Shown here: one piece after another, positions 1 to 9,934 of the stretch
Position numbering within the stretch: the stretch's first letter is position 1
How the letters are laid out: each line of letters starts with the position of its first letter
Assembly (NCBI GenBank): GCA_033763315.1
Contig: JANRKS010000007.1
Span: 1 to 64,000, forward strand
Source: Deltaproteobacteria bacterium
GTDB taxonomy: Bacteria > Myxococcota_A > Polyangia > Fen-1088
Reading direction: 5' to 3'
Length of the DNA: 64,000 nucleotides
Program-made: the position numbers and the translations under genes
Notes under the pieces: generated by a model
What the model was told of the DNA's origin: nothing
Seen by the model: only the letters and a program-made list of their open reading frames with translations
Database searches by the model: none

Positions 1-2
1 TG

Positions 3-821
3 GATGAGATTGGTAGCCCGCTTGGCAGCTCTGCGACAGTGACGCTGTTTGTGAGTCCCCCTTGGTGGCGCCACCCGTTAACGCTGGCCGCCGTTGCCTT
101 GCTGCTCTTCGGGCTGGGCATGGGCGTGCTGCAAATACGAATGCATCAGTTCAGATTGCGAGTTACCGCTGTCAACCTCGAACGGCAACGCCTAGCACGC
201 GAGTTGCACGATGGTTTGGCCCAGGGGTTCACATCGGTCAGCATTCACCTGACGGCGATCGAAAACCGCGCCAAGAAAGAGGCGCCGCCACTGGTGGCTG
301 CTCTTGCACAAACCAAGAAAGTGGTCTCTGAGTGTTCAACGCAAGCCCGCAATGCCATTTGGAACCTACGCACGCTATCAGCCAGTATGTCCTTGGCTGA
401 TGCGGTGCGGGCCGCCATTCATCGTGCAGACACCGGACAGACGAAAATCGCTATCACCTGCTCCGGGAAATTGGACAGATCGGCAACAGAATTGCTCTAC
501 GAACTGCCGTTGATCGCCCAAGAGGCCGTGGTCAATGCCATCAAGCATGGCGAGGCCGAACGCATTGAAGTGCGGCTTGCTCAAGACAGCCAGAAGGTCT
601 GCTTGGAGATCGAGGACAATGGGGTCGGCTTTTCCATCGAGCACAACCCGATCCCCCATGACGGTCACGGATTCGGCATCACAGGAATGAAGGAGCGCGT
701 GGCCCGGCTCGGCGGTACGCTCTCACTCACCAGCGAGATCGGGAAGGGGACACAAATCCGGGTCGAGGTGCCCCATCGTGGAGCAACGCCTAGCGACGAG
801 CTTCTGTCGCTTGCCGATTGA
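3..821 (+). CDS. Sensor histidine kinase (HisKA_3/HATPase_c), 5' truncated by the window edge
   Basis: Frame is open from position 3; PPWW followed by a TM helix, H-box ARELHDGLAQ, N-box EAVVNAIKH, G-boxes DNGVGF and GFGITGM. Confidence 0.9.
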   Translation, partial: DEIGSPLGSSATVTLFVSPPWWRHPLTLAAVALLLFGLGMGVLQIRMHQFRLRVTAVNLERQRLARELHDGLAQGFTSVSIHLTAIENRAKKEAPPLVAALAQTKKVVSECSTQARNAIWNLRTLSASMSLADAVRAAIHRADTGQTKIAITCSGKLDRSATELLYELPLIAQEAVVNAIKHGEAERIEVRLAQDSQKVCLEIEDNGVGFSIEHNPIPHDGHGFGITGMKERVARLGGTLSLTSEIGKGTQIRVEVPHRGATPSDELLSLAD

Positions 822-842
822 CCGACACGGGCGCGCGCCCGA

Positions 843-2642
843 TCACGCGCCTGGCAGCACCACGTTGTATTCGGCGCGGCTTTGTCCTGCGTCCGAAAAC
901 GGCACCAACAGCAACGGTATTTTGCGATCAAGCTTGTAAAGCTGGTCTCCTTTCCACCCCCATCGAGGAAGACGTCCCAGCAAATTGATGTCTTCGTCCA
1001 TCGCCAACACCTGCGGGCCGCGCTCCACAACGACGCCAGGCAACAGCCCCCAGGTGTTCGTTCGCAGCGTCATCGGCATCTCTATCTCCACTTCGTCGGC
1101 CAGGCGCCAGGTGCGTTCGATGGCCAGATACTGGCCCGGCACTCCCTCGTAGGTACGCCCGTCCACACGTGCCTTGAAACCAACGGCCCACCCCGGCACT
1201 CGAAGGTTCAAGGAGAAAGTTGCGGCCAGGCGCGGCTGCACCGCAATTCTTACGGTGCCTTGCTGCGGATACGTGGACGTGACGACCAACCTTACCTGTT
1301 GTTGCCCAGCCTCCGTCGCAACTTCCATCGAGTGCACGGCGGGCTCATACATCATCACAGCCGGCTGGCCTTGCAAGGTGCCCGCCATCATTGATGCGAG
1401 CAAGGCAATGCCTCGTGGTTGGCTAGAAGCACAACAGCAAACGTCGGGCGTGATCCCGTGATTCACCTCGCCATAACGCTTGCGACCTGCGAGGGGGCTA
1501 AAGTATGAGATCTGCGCCGTTTCGGGTGACTGGGCACCAATGAGCGCGTTGTAAGCTATACGCTCGATAACATCAGCGTAGCGAGGATCACCGCTGTCCC
1601 GCAACAACTGCCAGTTGAGTTGCAGCCAAGTTACCGTCACGCAGCCCTCGCCTGCCGCCACAAACTTAGCCTCCTCGAACGAGCCTCCGGGCGTAAGAAC
1701 ATTGTCGGCTTGAAAATGCTCCGCCCAACTCGTGGTTCCGATGGGGTAGTGACGACGCTTCACGATGTCGGTCCATGCATTGTTGCAGGCCCCAAGCAGC
1801 ACCGGGTCGCCTGTTGTGCGATGGAGTTCGGCCATCCCAACGATGTTTGAAAGCATTTCGTACGCTTTGGCATTTGCTGTTTTGAACACGTTTCCGTGCG
1901 AAGACAGGCTGCTCAGCAATTTTGGTCCATGTGGCTGCTCCCATGCTGCCACGATGTAGCGACAGAACTCGAGGTAGCGCGGCTCACCGGTAGCACGGTG
2001 CAACAGCACCATAGGTTCGAGCACGCTGGTAGAGGCCATTCCCATGTGGGTGCTGTGCGCCTCGGATACAATGTCGAGTTGGCCCGGCCCGGTGCCAAAA
2101 GTACGACAAAGTAGATCGCCCACCTTGCGACAGACCGCAAGCGCTTGGGCCTTGCCTGTGAGCTCGTGGTACGCAAGCAACCCTAAAATGTTGTACTTGT
2201 GGCTCCATACATCCCAGCTCGTCCAGTGCTTCTTGGTCGAGTAAGTGCCCAGGTAACCGTCGGGCAACTGTGAGGCCATCAACTTTTGAGCTGCGTAATC
2301 TAACCGTTGTTTGAGCTTTGCGTTGGGCGCATGCCGTAGCGACAAGCTTGCCGAGTGAAGGAACTTCCCCACGTGCTCACCCGCCCATTCCTGTGCCCCC
2401 GGTCGGTGGGTGTAGGGGGCCAAGATATCGTCAAGGTTGATCTTGCACAGACGCTCGCCGACACTGAGCCGCATCCGCGCTGTTAGAAAACCTTGGCCAT
2501 TCGGATGCGCCGTTGTCACCGCAGGAACAAAAGCGTCCTTTTTCTTGGCGGCCCCGGCTGCCCCTTGGCTTTTGCCTCGCAGGGCGGTGCCGGCAGCGGC
2601 GCTCGCAACAAAACGCCTGCGCGACATTTGAGGCAAGCTCAT
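843..2642 (-). CDS. GH127 (DUF1680) beta-L-arabinofuranosidase-like protein with a Tat signal
   Basis: SRRRF twin-Arg leader; DGYLGTY, EGCVT and CCC motifs; ATG at 2642 overlaps the upstream TGA (ATGA). Confidence 0.85.
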   Translation of the reverse strand: MSLPQMSRRRFVASAAAGTALRGKSQGAAGAAKKKDAFVPAVTTAHPNGQGFLTARMRLSVGERLCKINLDDILAPYTHRPGAQEWAGEHVGKFLHSASLSLRHAPNAKLKQRLDYAAQKLMASQLPDGYLGTYSTKKHWTSWDVWSHKYNILGLLAYHELTGKAQALAVCRKVGDLLCRTFGTGPGQLDIVSEAHSTHMGMASTSVLEPMVLLHRATGEPRYLEFCRYIVAAWEQPHGPKLLSSLSSHGNVFKTANAKAYEMLSNIVGMAELHRTTGDPVLLGACNNAWTDIVKRRHYPIGTTSWAEHFQADNVLTPGGSFEEAKFVAAGEGCVTVTWLQLNWQLLRDSGDPRYADVIERIAYNALIGAQSPETAQISYFSPLAGRKRYGEVNHGITPDVCCCASSQPRGIALLASMMAGTLQGQPAVMMYEPAVHSMEVATEAGQQQVRLVVTSTYPQQGTVRIAVQPRLAATFSLNLRVPGWAVGFKARVDGRTYEGVPGQYLAIERTWRLADEVEIEMPMTLRTNTWGLLPGVVVERGPQVLAMDEDINLLGRLPRWGWKGDQLYKLDRKIPLLLVPFSDAGQSRAEYNVVLPGA

Positions 2643-3904
2643 TGCGCTTTCCCGTTCGAGTTTGTGAGGGCCTTGGCCTCGTCTAGCAATAAGAACATCT
2701 CTGCGGCATGCCAAGTATGGGGCGTGGCCAACTTCTCTTTCACATAAACGGGATCGATAACAGACATCCCTTCGTAATGCGCTTGGCTCGCATGGGCCTC
2801 CCATGATAGCGGATAGTCTCGGTTGCCCAGCGGCGCACGCGCTGTGCCCAGGTGGTGATCCTCCGCCCACGTCAAGTATGGATAATCAAGCGTCTCCGCT
2901 ACGCTAAAGTGTGCCTTCGGCGTAATGGCCTTGCCACCATCCCACCAAAAAAGCAGAGCGTAGTTGTCGTCAATGGCCGGCACTGTATAGGGATCGGAAA
3001 GCCCCAAAGCGGTAAGGCCCAATTTTGCCCAAAGGGTCTGGTACACCGGATGGCTTGCAAAGTCGCTACGCCCTTGGATGAATGTGGTGCCGTCTGGAGC
3101 CTTGGTCTCGAATCGCTTCAGCGCCGCTTGCAAACGGCCAACAAGAGGATGCTTGCGACCACCGTGATGAGAGATGAGGTACAACGCTTGGCCAGGATTG
3201 TCCGCCTCTTCCTCATTGGCATTGTTGCGATCAAACGGCGTATCGAGGCCTTTTACCCAACGTGAGAGCAGCGCACCGTTGTGGGTTCGCTGCAGCACCA
3301 TCATCATCATGGCGCCGTCGCGGTACCACGGTTTGTCGTAAACAAAGAAGTTGGGCAGCGGCTTGCCATCGACGACGTTGATTAGAATCTCCTGAAGCAG
3401 AACCCGCATGATGCGAGGAAAGCGGTGTGCAGAGAAGCGTGGCAATGAAACCTTCGCGCGCGTGAGCTCCGTCTTGCGGACGCCCTCGAACAGACTGACA
3501 CCACGCTCGTCTTCCACAATCCGAACCAAGCCTGCCTTCGTACGCAACAAAACTGTGAAGGCAGAAGGAACAATCAATTCCTCGGTAACATCGAAATCAC
3601 GGAGCACGGCCTTGCTTCGCGCATCAAAAATTTTGCCATCGCGGTAGACGAGCTTTTTGCGGTCCCCCATCCCAAACAGGAAAAATGAAACTGCCGGCAG
3701 AGCCCTCTGGGTGCCGTGTTCCTGTCGCCAGGCGCGCAACTCATCGTGGTAGCGGCCAAGCTCGTCGGCCGCCTCACGCCACGGCCGGGAAGCCTCGGGT
3801 GAAGCCTCAGGGACGGCGGCTTGGGCAGCTGGGGAACCCACAATTGCCGACAGCAGGAAACCCGCCACACAGGCAGGACCAAGGTTGTGACGAAGGCAAA
3901 GCAT
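2639..3904 (-). CDS. Secreted putative six-hairpin (alpha/alpha) glycosidase, family unassigned
   Basis: Signal peptide ending AQA; PWYRDG and HTWHAAE motifs; translationally coupled to GH127. Confidence 0.55.
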   Translation of the reverse strand: MLCLRHNLGPACVAGFLLSAIVGSPAAQAAVPEASPEASRPWREAADELGRYHDELRAWRQEHGTQRALPAVSFFLFGMGDRKKLVYRDGKIFDARSKAVLRDFDVTEELIVPSAFTVLLRTKAGLVRIVEDERGVSLFEGVRKTELTRAKVSLPRFSAHRFPRIMRVLLQEILINVVDGKPLPNFFVYDKPWYRDGAMMMMVLQRTHNGALLSRWVKGLDTPFDRNNANEEEADNPGQALYLISHHGGRKHPLVGRLQAALKRFETKAPDGTTFIQGRSDFASHPVYQTLWAKLGLTALGLSDPYTVPAIDDNYALLFWWDGGKAITPKAHFSVAETLDYPYLTWAEDHHLGTARAPLGNRDYPLSWEAHASQAHYEGMSVIDPVYVKEKLATPHTWHAAEMFLLLDEAKALTNSNGKAQ

Positions 3905-3913
3905 TTGGCTAGT

Positions 3914-3927
3914 TGTAATCGATTACA
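3914..3927. promoter_or_regulatory. LacI-family-type operator
   Basis: Perfect 14-bp palindrome TGTAATCGATTACA with central CG, 9 nt upstream of the 3904 start codon. Confidence 0.7.
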
Positions 3928-4115
3928 CCACGGCAATTCAACCCATTAGTCATTTATGACGACGCCGTCGCAGTCATTGCCGCCTACATCATCAACCTCA
4001 TCTCATCCCATGGTTGATCGAAAGTGGTGGGGCATAATCGAACGGTGGAGTTGGAGGCGACACTCGAGGGCTTCGCCGCTTCGAAACATTCCCTCGGTGC
4101 CCACGGCTCAGGCCC

Positions 4116-5849
4116 ATGAGCAGAAGGACCGGCCCCATGTATCAATCTTGTAGTTCGGTTGCGTGCATAGTTGCTGTCGCCACCACATTCGCGTTCTCTA
4201 TTGGATGCACGGGCAGCGTTATAGGCCCCGAGGGGGGAGAGCCCGGCGGCGTGGGCGGAACGAGCGCCGGTGGACAAGGCGGCTCAAACGCAGGGACCGC
4301 CGGAGGCTCGGCGGAGGCGTGCAACGCCAACGACGCGTTGGTGCCACTATTGGGCGCGTCACAGCGCCTGACCACAGCACAGTTCAACAATAGTCTGCAC
4401 GCGCTGTTCCCAGCACTTACGATCGAGCCTCAAACGCTGCCCACGGGGGCGTCGAAGACATCGCTGTTTGACAACGACGCGAACGCTCAGGTCGCCGCAC
4501 CTGTTCTGGTCGAGCAGATTCATAAGACGGCTGAATCCGTTTCTGCCTTGGTAGCCGCAAACCGAGACAAAGTTCTTCCGTGCAAGCCATCCAGCGCCGC
4601 CGAGGAATCCGCTTGCGGTAAGACCTTCGTTACGTCCTTCTTGGAGAAGGCCTACCGTCGTCCTGCAACAACGGACGACATCGACGCGGCCACAAGTTTT
4701 TTCGAGTCGATGCGCAAAAGCTACGGATTCGGCGCAGCCGTGGGCTTGATTGTTGAAGGTGTCCTCCAATCCCCGGAGTTTCTTTATCTCGTGACTCCCC
4801 AGGAAAAATCCGGTGTGACCTCGCTTTCCCCGTTCGAGTTGGCGTCTCGTCTTTCGTACTTTCTTTGGGACAGTCCACCGGACGAAGAACTTTTCCAAGC
4901 GGCACAGGATGGCAGCTTGACCGACCACAAGGTTCTTGATCAGCAAGCCCGACGTCTGTTGGCAGATGGGCGAGCCAAAAGCGCCATTGCCAACTTCTAT
5001 CGCCAGTGGTTCCTTCTCGATCTTGTGGACAGGATTCAAAAGGATCCAAACCTATTCCCCACGTTTGTGGATGGCACGGCGGCATCACTGCGTAAGTCGC
5101 TCGACCGGTTCCTGGCCCACTCCATGTGGGAGGCAGACGGCACCGTTGGAGCTTTGTTGACAGATCCTACCGTCTACGTAGATCCCAAAGTGGCACCGCT
5201 CGTGGGTGCACCTATTCCCCCAGGGGCGTCGTGGACTACGTTCAAAGCCGACACCCAGCAGCGAGCGGGGCTTCTCACGCAACCTGCCTTGTTGGCTCGA
5301 CTTGGGCACACCAACTTGGAATCACCCATCTTGCGAGGTGTGTTCGTGCTTGAGAGCCTCCTATGTGCCCCCACCGGCGCGCCCCCCGCGGGCGTGAACA
5401 CCACTTTGCCAGAACCCAAAAGAGGCGATCCACCTTCCACCCTGCGGGCGCGCCTTGAGGAAACTCACAAGGGTGCCGGTTGCACGGGCTGTCACAGCTT
5501 GATCGATGGAATCGGGTTCGGCTTCCAGCACTACGACAGCGTGGGACGATATCGAACCACAGAAAATGGGCAGCCTATCGACGCCACAGGCAAACTAAGC
5601 GCCAGCGACGTGGATGGCAACTTCAACGGAGCCATCGAGCTGTCCAATAAGCTGGCTCAGAGCAAGCAAGTCCAGGCCTGCTTCGCCGAGCACTTTTACG
5701 CTTACGCGCTTTCGCGGGGCTTAGACGACTCCGATACCTGTGCGCTGCAGGCTTTGTCTGACGCCTTTGCCAAGAACGGTGGTGACATGCGCCAATTACT
5801 CATCGATCTCGTCGGAAGTCCGGCATTTCGTTCCTTCCGCGCGCTCTGA
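4116..5849 (+). CDS. DUF1592/1588/1595/1585 (PSD/PSCyt3-type) lipoprotein with a c-type heme motif
   Basis: Lipobox-like IGC, Gly linker, RLTTAQFNN, LQSPEFLY, ELASRLSYFLW, SPILRG and CTGCH. Confidence 0.85.
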   Translation: MSRRTGPMYQSCSSVACIVAVATTFAFSIGCTGSVIGPEGGEPGGVGGTSAGGQGGSNAGTAGGSAEACNANDALVPLLGASQRLTTAQFNNSLHALFPALTIEPQTLPTGASKTSLFDNDANAQVAAPVLVEQIHKTAESVSALVAANRDKVLPCKPSSAAEESACGKTFVTSFLEKAYRRPATTDDIDAATSFFESMRKSYGFGAAVGLIVEGVLQSPEFLYLVTPQEKSGVTSLSPFELASRLSYFLWDSPPDEELFQAAQDGSLTDHKVLDQQARRLLADGRAKSAIANFYRQWFLLDLVDRIQKDPNLFPTFVDGTAASLRKSLDRFLAHSMWEADGTVGALLTDPTVYVDPKVAPLVGAPIPPGASWTTFKADTQQRAGLLTQPALLARLGHTNLESPILRGVFVLESLLCAPTGAPPAGVNTTLPEPKRGDPPSTLRARLEETHKGAGCTGCHSLIDGIGFGFQHYDSVGRYRTTENGQPIDATGKLSASDVDGNFNGAIELSNKLAQSKQVQACFAEHFYAYALSRGLDDSDTCALQALSDAFAKNGGDMRQLLIDLVGSPAFRSFRAL

Positions 5850-5863
5850 AAGGAGAACAGCCG

Positions 5864-7339
5864 ATGACGTTCCATCAAACCCGCCGTCAATTGCTACACA
5901 GACTCGGCCTTACCGCCGGCTCGTCGCTGTTTCCTTCGCTCCTGCCAAAGGGGCAAGCACAGGCGGCAACGGGCGGCATCCCGACCCGCTTACTCATCTA
6001 CATGGCCGGCTACGGCATCCAACGCGATCTGTTTCTGCCCAAGGGAACCGAAACTTCATGGGCGTTGCCTGATGTCTATAGCGCGCTCGCGCCGCACAAG
6101 AGCGACCTCATCTTCCTTGACGGGATGGACATGCTGTCCACAGTTTTCGATCCCAACAACGCAAGTAACGCCCATGCCGCGGGGAACACCCACGCGCTGT
6201 CGGCCAATCTGAGACGCAAGACCTCGCAAGGCACCTGGGATTGGTCAGCGATCTCGATCGATCAGATGATCGCGCGGGAGATCAACAAGCCTGCGCCGGT
6301 GACTAAGTTTCCGTCCCTCGAGCTATCGGTTTCGATCGATGGCAACTCGCCACGCAACGCCGCCTCTGGCACGGGCGACTATCTGCCCGTCGAAGACGAT
6401 CCCGACAAGGCGTTTTCGCGCCTTTTTCCCACACCGACCGGAGGCACGGGGCCTGACATGCGGGCCGCCCAGCGCAAAAGCGCGCTTGAGTTTGCGGTCG
6501 GACGCTTCAACGGGCTCAAGGCAAAAGTGTCCGCTTTGGACAAACAACGCTTTGATGCACACGCGAGCGCCCTCACCGACCTTGAGCGGCGCCTATCCTT
6601 GGGCTCGTCAGGCGAGTCTTGCCGCTCGGAGGTCAGTGCTGTTCAGGCAACTCGCGATTTGAAGGCGAAGGGAGGCGCATGGTGGGCAACAAGGCAATGG
6701 TATGAAACCTCTTACGAATCGCAGATGCGCGTCGCCCAGCTCGCGTTCGCGTGTGACCTGACCCGAGTCATCACGTTGACCGCGTGGGATCCAGAAAAGT
6801 CCATCGACTACACGAGCGGCATGTTGGGCACCAACGATTACCACGACCTCGTTCACAAAACGAGCAATGGGCCAGGGGGCCCGAAAGCTGGCCTACCCGG
6901 CAGTTTGGCAAGCGATGCGACAGCGCTTGAGGTTCGCAAGAAGCACAAACGATTCGAGGCCGCCCGCTTCGCCAAGATGCTTCAGCTTCTGAGGGACATT
7001 CCGACAGCCGACAACAAAACGATGCTCGACCACACGATCGTCTTGTGGGCTAGCCACATTGCATGGGGAGGGCACGACTTGGCCTTCCTTCCCTGGATCT
7101 TGGCGGGGGCCGGTGGCGGCGCCTTCAAGACCGGCCGCTTTATCCAACTGCCCCGGGTGGCCACCGCCAAATCGCGGCCAGACGGTTGGGCTGACGGCAT
7201 TGGCTTCGTGGGCGACACAAAATTCGGCCCCGGCCACGGAGATCTATTCGTTTCCATTGCGAATGCGATGGGGGTGCCCATCACCACCTTTGGTGAACCT
7301 CGTGCGTGCGCCGGACCACTCGTGCAACTCAGAGGTTAG
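5864..7339 (+). CDS. DUF1552 domain protein with a Tat signal
   Basis: TRRQLL leader; SIDQMIA, PSLELSV, LAFACDLTRV, HDLVH and MLDHTIV; SD aaagga; follows DUF1592. Confidence 0.85.
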   Translation: MTFHQTRRQLLHRLGLTAGSSLFPSLLPKGQAQAATGGIPTRLLIYMAGYGIQRDLFLPKGTETSWALPDVYSALAPHKSDLIFLDGMDMLSTVFDPNNASNAHAAGNTHALSANLRRKTSQGTWDWSAISIDQMIAREINKPAPVTKFPSLELSVSIDGNSPRNAASGTGDYLPVEDDPDKAFSRLFPTPTGGTGPDMRAAQRKSALEFAVGRFNGLKAKVSALDKQRFDAHASALTDLERRLSLGSSGESCRSEVSAVQATRDLKAKGGAWWATRQWYETSYESQMRVAQLAFACDLTRVITLTAWDPEKSIDYTSGMLGTNDYHDLVHKTSNGPGGPKAGLPGSLASDATALEVRKKHKRFEAARFAKMLQLLRDIPTADNKTMLDHTIVLWASHIAWGGHDLAFLPWILAGAGGGAFKTGRFIQLPRVATAKSRPDGWADGIGFVGDTKFGPGHGDLFVSIANAMGVPITTFGEPRACAGPLVQLRG

Positions 7340-7407
7340 TTCGGCAGCATGAATTTGATGCGGGAGCAGCCGTTGCCTCCGCCCGATCCCACGTGTCACC
7401 CTTGTTC

Positions 7408-8100
7408 ATGTCCCATGCCTTCCCACAGACGCACTGGTCAAGAATCGTGGCGCTGCAAGGTACGCTGCAGGACGATTCTGAGCGCCACCAGGCGCTTCTA
7501 GAGGAACTAATCTCGGCGTACTGGACTCCGGTTTACCACTACTTCTGCGCCCTTGATCGCAGGCGTTCTCAAGAAGCCGAGGATCTAACGCAACAATTCT
7601 TTGTCATGTTGCTCGATCGCAACGAGTTTCAAAAATTGGCCCAGACCCGAGGCACGTTTCGGGGCTTTTTGAAAACCGCCATCCGCAACTTTCTCATCAG
7701 CCGGCGGCGTTCGGAGATTACGCAGCCCTTGATGTTTCACTTTGCCGAGGCCGATGCGCGTTGGGAAGTGGCAAGTTCACTCGATCCAGAACTGGCCTTT
7801 GACCGAGAATGGATTCACTCGGTGGTCACCCAATCCACTGATGCGCTCGAAGCCGAGCTGGCTCGCGAGGGCAAACGGCGCCTGTTTTCGATCTTCCACG
7901 ACTACTGCCTCAGCGACGACAATTGCGTGAGCTACCAGTCTTTGGCACAAAAATACGAAACCAACGTCGACGAAATTCGCAACGGTCTGCGCTCGGCGCG
8001 GCAGCGCCTCCGGCACCTCATTCGCAAGCGTGTGCAACAATACCTCGGCCCCGACGAAGATCTGGAAGCAGAGCTTGCATTCATCGTGGGGTCAATGTGA
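7408..8100 (+). CDS. ECF sigma factor, kinase-associated FPxTHWS type
   Basis: FPQTHWS N-terminus; YWTPVY, EAEDLTQQFF and RGTFRGFL; sigma4 HTH. Confidence 0.8.
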   Translation: MSHAFPQTHWSRIVALQGTLQDDSERHQALLEELISAYWTPVYHYFCALDRRRSQEAEDLTQQFFVMLLDRNEFQKLAQTRGTFRGFLKTAIRNFLISRRRSEITQPLMFHFAEADARWEVASSLDPELAFDREWIHSVVTQSTDALEAELAREGKRRLFSIFHDYCLSDDNCVSYQSLAQKYETNVDEIRNGLRSARQRLRHLIRKRVQQYLGPDEDLEAELAFIVGSM

Positions 8101-9863
8101 CTACGGCCCGCCTCTTGTCATTTTTGGCCGCGGCCGAACGGGTCGGAAGATATGAGCTTGGCCCCATAGTGGGAGAGGGGGGCATGGGCATCGTCTACGA
8201 GGGATGGGATCCAGCGCTTGAACGCAAAGTGGCGATCAAGGTTTTCAAACATCCAGACCCAGAACACATCCGACGAGAGGCGGCGGCAGCCGCAAGGCTC
8301 AATCACCCTGGCATCGTCGCTGTTCATGAGATCGGCGCGAACTTCATTGTTATGGATCTCGTGGCCGGACACACTTTGGCCGAGGCCTGGAAGGCGCAAG
8401 AGCTGGACGCTAGGGTCTCGCTGCTGTTGCAGGTCGCCGACATTGTTGCCGTAGCGCACACGGCCGGGATCGTTCACCGCGACCTCAAACCCGCAAATGT
8501 GCTGGTGGATCATACTGGCAAGGCATTGCTCACAGACTTTGGCCTCGCGGAGGCCTCCACAGATGTCCGAAAGCGTAGCGGCGTGGCGGGCACGCTCACC
8601 TATATGGCACCCGAGCAGTTGCGAGGTGAAACGGCAACACCACAAGCCGACGTCTGGGCACTTGGCGTCATGCTTTTTGAAGTGTTGATGGGCGAGCGCC
8701 CGTTTCCCACCGACGACCGCGCGGCGATCGAGCGTGCCATCGCCCAGGGGCCACCACCCCTTCCATCCCACCCCCTCAGCCCGGTCATTGCCACTGCACT
8801 GAGCCCAAGCCTTGATCTGCGCTTCGCGGACGCCAGCCATTTCGCGCGCGCGCTTCGTGATGTCGCAAAGCCCAGCACGCGGCGGGGCGGCCCGTTCAAG
8901 CGCACCATCGGACTGTTCGCCGCAGCCGCTGCTGTTGCGTTGGCGGTTTGGCTCGCCCGCGCGACATCTCCTGGGGCGATCGCAAACCTTGGCAAGCCAT
9001 CCATCGGCTTGCCGGCGGACTTAGATCCGCGGGAGCGCAACGACTGGTTCGAGACACAGGATCGCGCGCTCACACAACAGCTCGCGCATGCTCCAACTGA
9101 CAGGCAGGCTCGCTTCCATCGGGGCGTGTTGCGCCTCGTATGGGGAGAAGACGTTCGGGATCGGGGACTGACCCCCATGCCCTTCTGGGAGACTGCGGCG
9201 GCTGATCTCACCCGGGTCGTGTCAGAAGCCGACGGCGCGTTACTGCCCGCTGCGCACCATCAGCGCGGCATCCTGTTCGTCCAACGATGTGTCTACAAAC
9301 GAACAATCAAGATCGATCCAGAGACGGACTGCCGACTCGCGATCGCCGATCTCATGAAGGCAGTCGAGGACATCCCCGAGGCCTACAACTGGCTGGGAAA
9401 CGCCCGCTTCCATCTTGGGGCTTGGCAGCGCGAATCAGGTCGAGATGGCAACGCGACTCTGGCAGAAGCAGAGGCCGATCTGTCTCGGGTGATAACCGCC
9501 GAAACGTTGGGACGAAGAGGCCGCGTTCGGGCGTTTCTGGGCCATTTCGAGGCAGCCGAGCAAGACTTTCGCGATTCGGTGGCCTTAGGTCCTGATGATC
9601 CTTGGATACTCACCTGGTGGGGTGCCGCACTTCACCAGGCTGGCCGTGACGCCCAGGCCGTGGTCGTCCTGACACGAGCACTGAAGGTCGATAACGAGCA
9701 CGCTGAAGCTTTGGCCGAACGAGGTGAAGCATACGCGAGTCTTGGCCATCATGAGGCGGCGGTGGCTGACTTCGAATCCGCCATTCGTCACAACCCTAGC
9801 TGGCAAGCCATTCTGTCCGAACGCCTCGAGCGGGAGCGTTTAGCCGCCAAGGCCCAGGACTAA
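8097..9863 (+). CDS. Membrane Ser/Thr protein kinase with an extracytoplasmic TPR domain
   Basis: GEGGMG, VAIK, HRDLKPAN, DFG, YMAPE and DVWALG; TM helix; TPR-like C-terminus; GTG overlaps the sigma stop (GTGA). Confidence 0.9.
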   Translation: MTTARLLSFLAAAERVGRYELGPIVGEGGMGIVYEGWDPALERKVAIKVFKHPDPEHIRREAAAAARLNHPGIVAVHEIGANFIVMDLVAGHTLAEAWKAQELDARVSLLLQVADIVAVAHTAGIVHRDLKPANVLVDHTGKALLTDFGLAEASTDVRKRSGVAGTLTYMAPEQLRGETATPQADVWALGVMLFEVLMGERPFPTDDRAAIERAIAQGPPPLPSHPLSPVIATALSPSLDLRFADASHFARALRDVAKPSTRRGGPFKRTIGLFAAAAAVALAVWLARATSPGAIANLGKPSIGLPADLDPRERNDWFETQDRALTQQLAHAPTDRQARFHRGVLRLVWGEDVRDRGLTPMPFWETAAADLTRVVSEADGALLPAAHHQRGILFVQRCVYKRTIKIDPETDCRLAIADLMKAVEDIPEAYNWLGNARFHLGAWQRESGRDGNATLAEAEADLSRVITAETLGRRGRVRAFLGHFEAAEQDFRDSVALGPDDPWILTWWGAALHQAGRDAQAVVVLTRALKVDNEHAEALAERGEAYASLGHHEAAVADFESAIRHNPSWQAILSERLERERLAAKAQD

Positions 9864-9934
9864 GCGCCCCAACGCCACGATCAAGCTCCCTGATCCATTT
9901 TGATCGACACAAAACCTTGTGAGACGCGCATTGG

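Noticed and set aside
2643-2870. Extended starts for GH127 (and similarly for the kinase at 7923, GH140 at 15565 and pirin at 32816)
   Set aside because: They overlap neighbouring genes or promoters; downstream starts fit signal peptides, coupling or homology better
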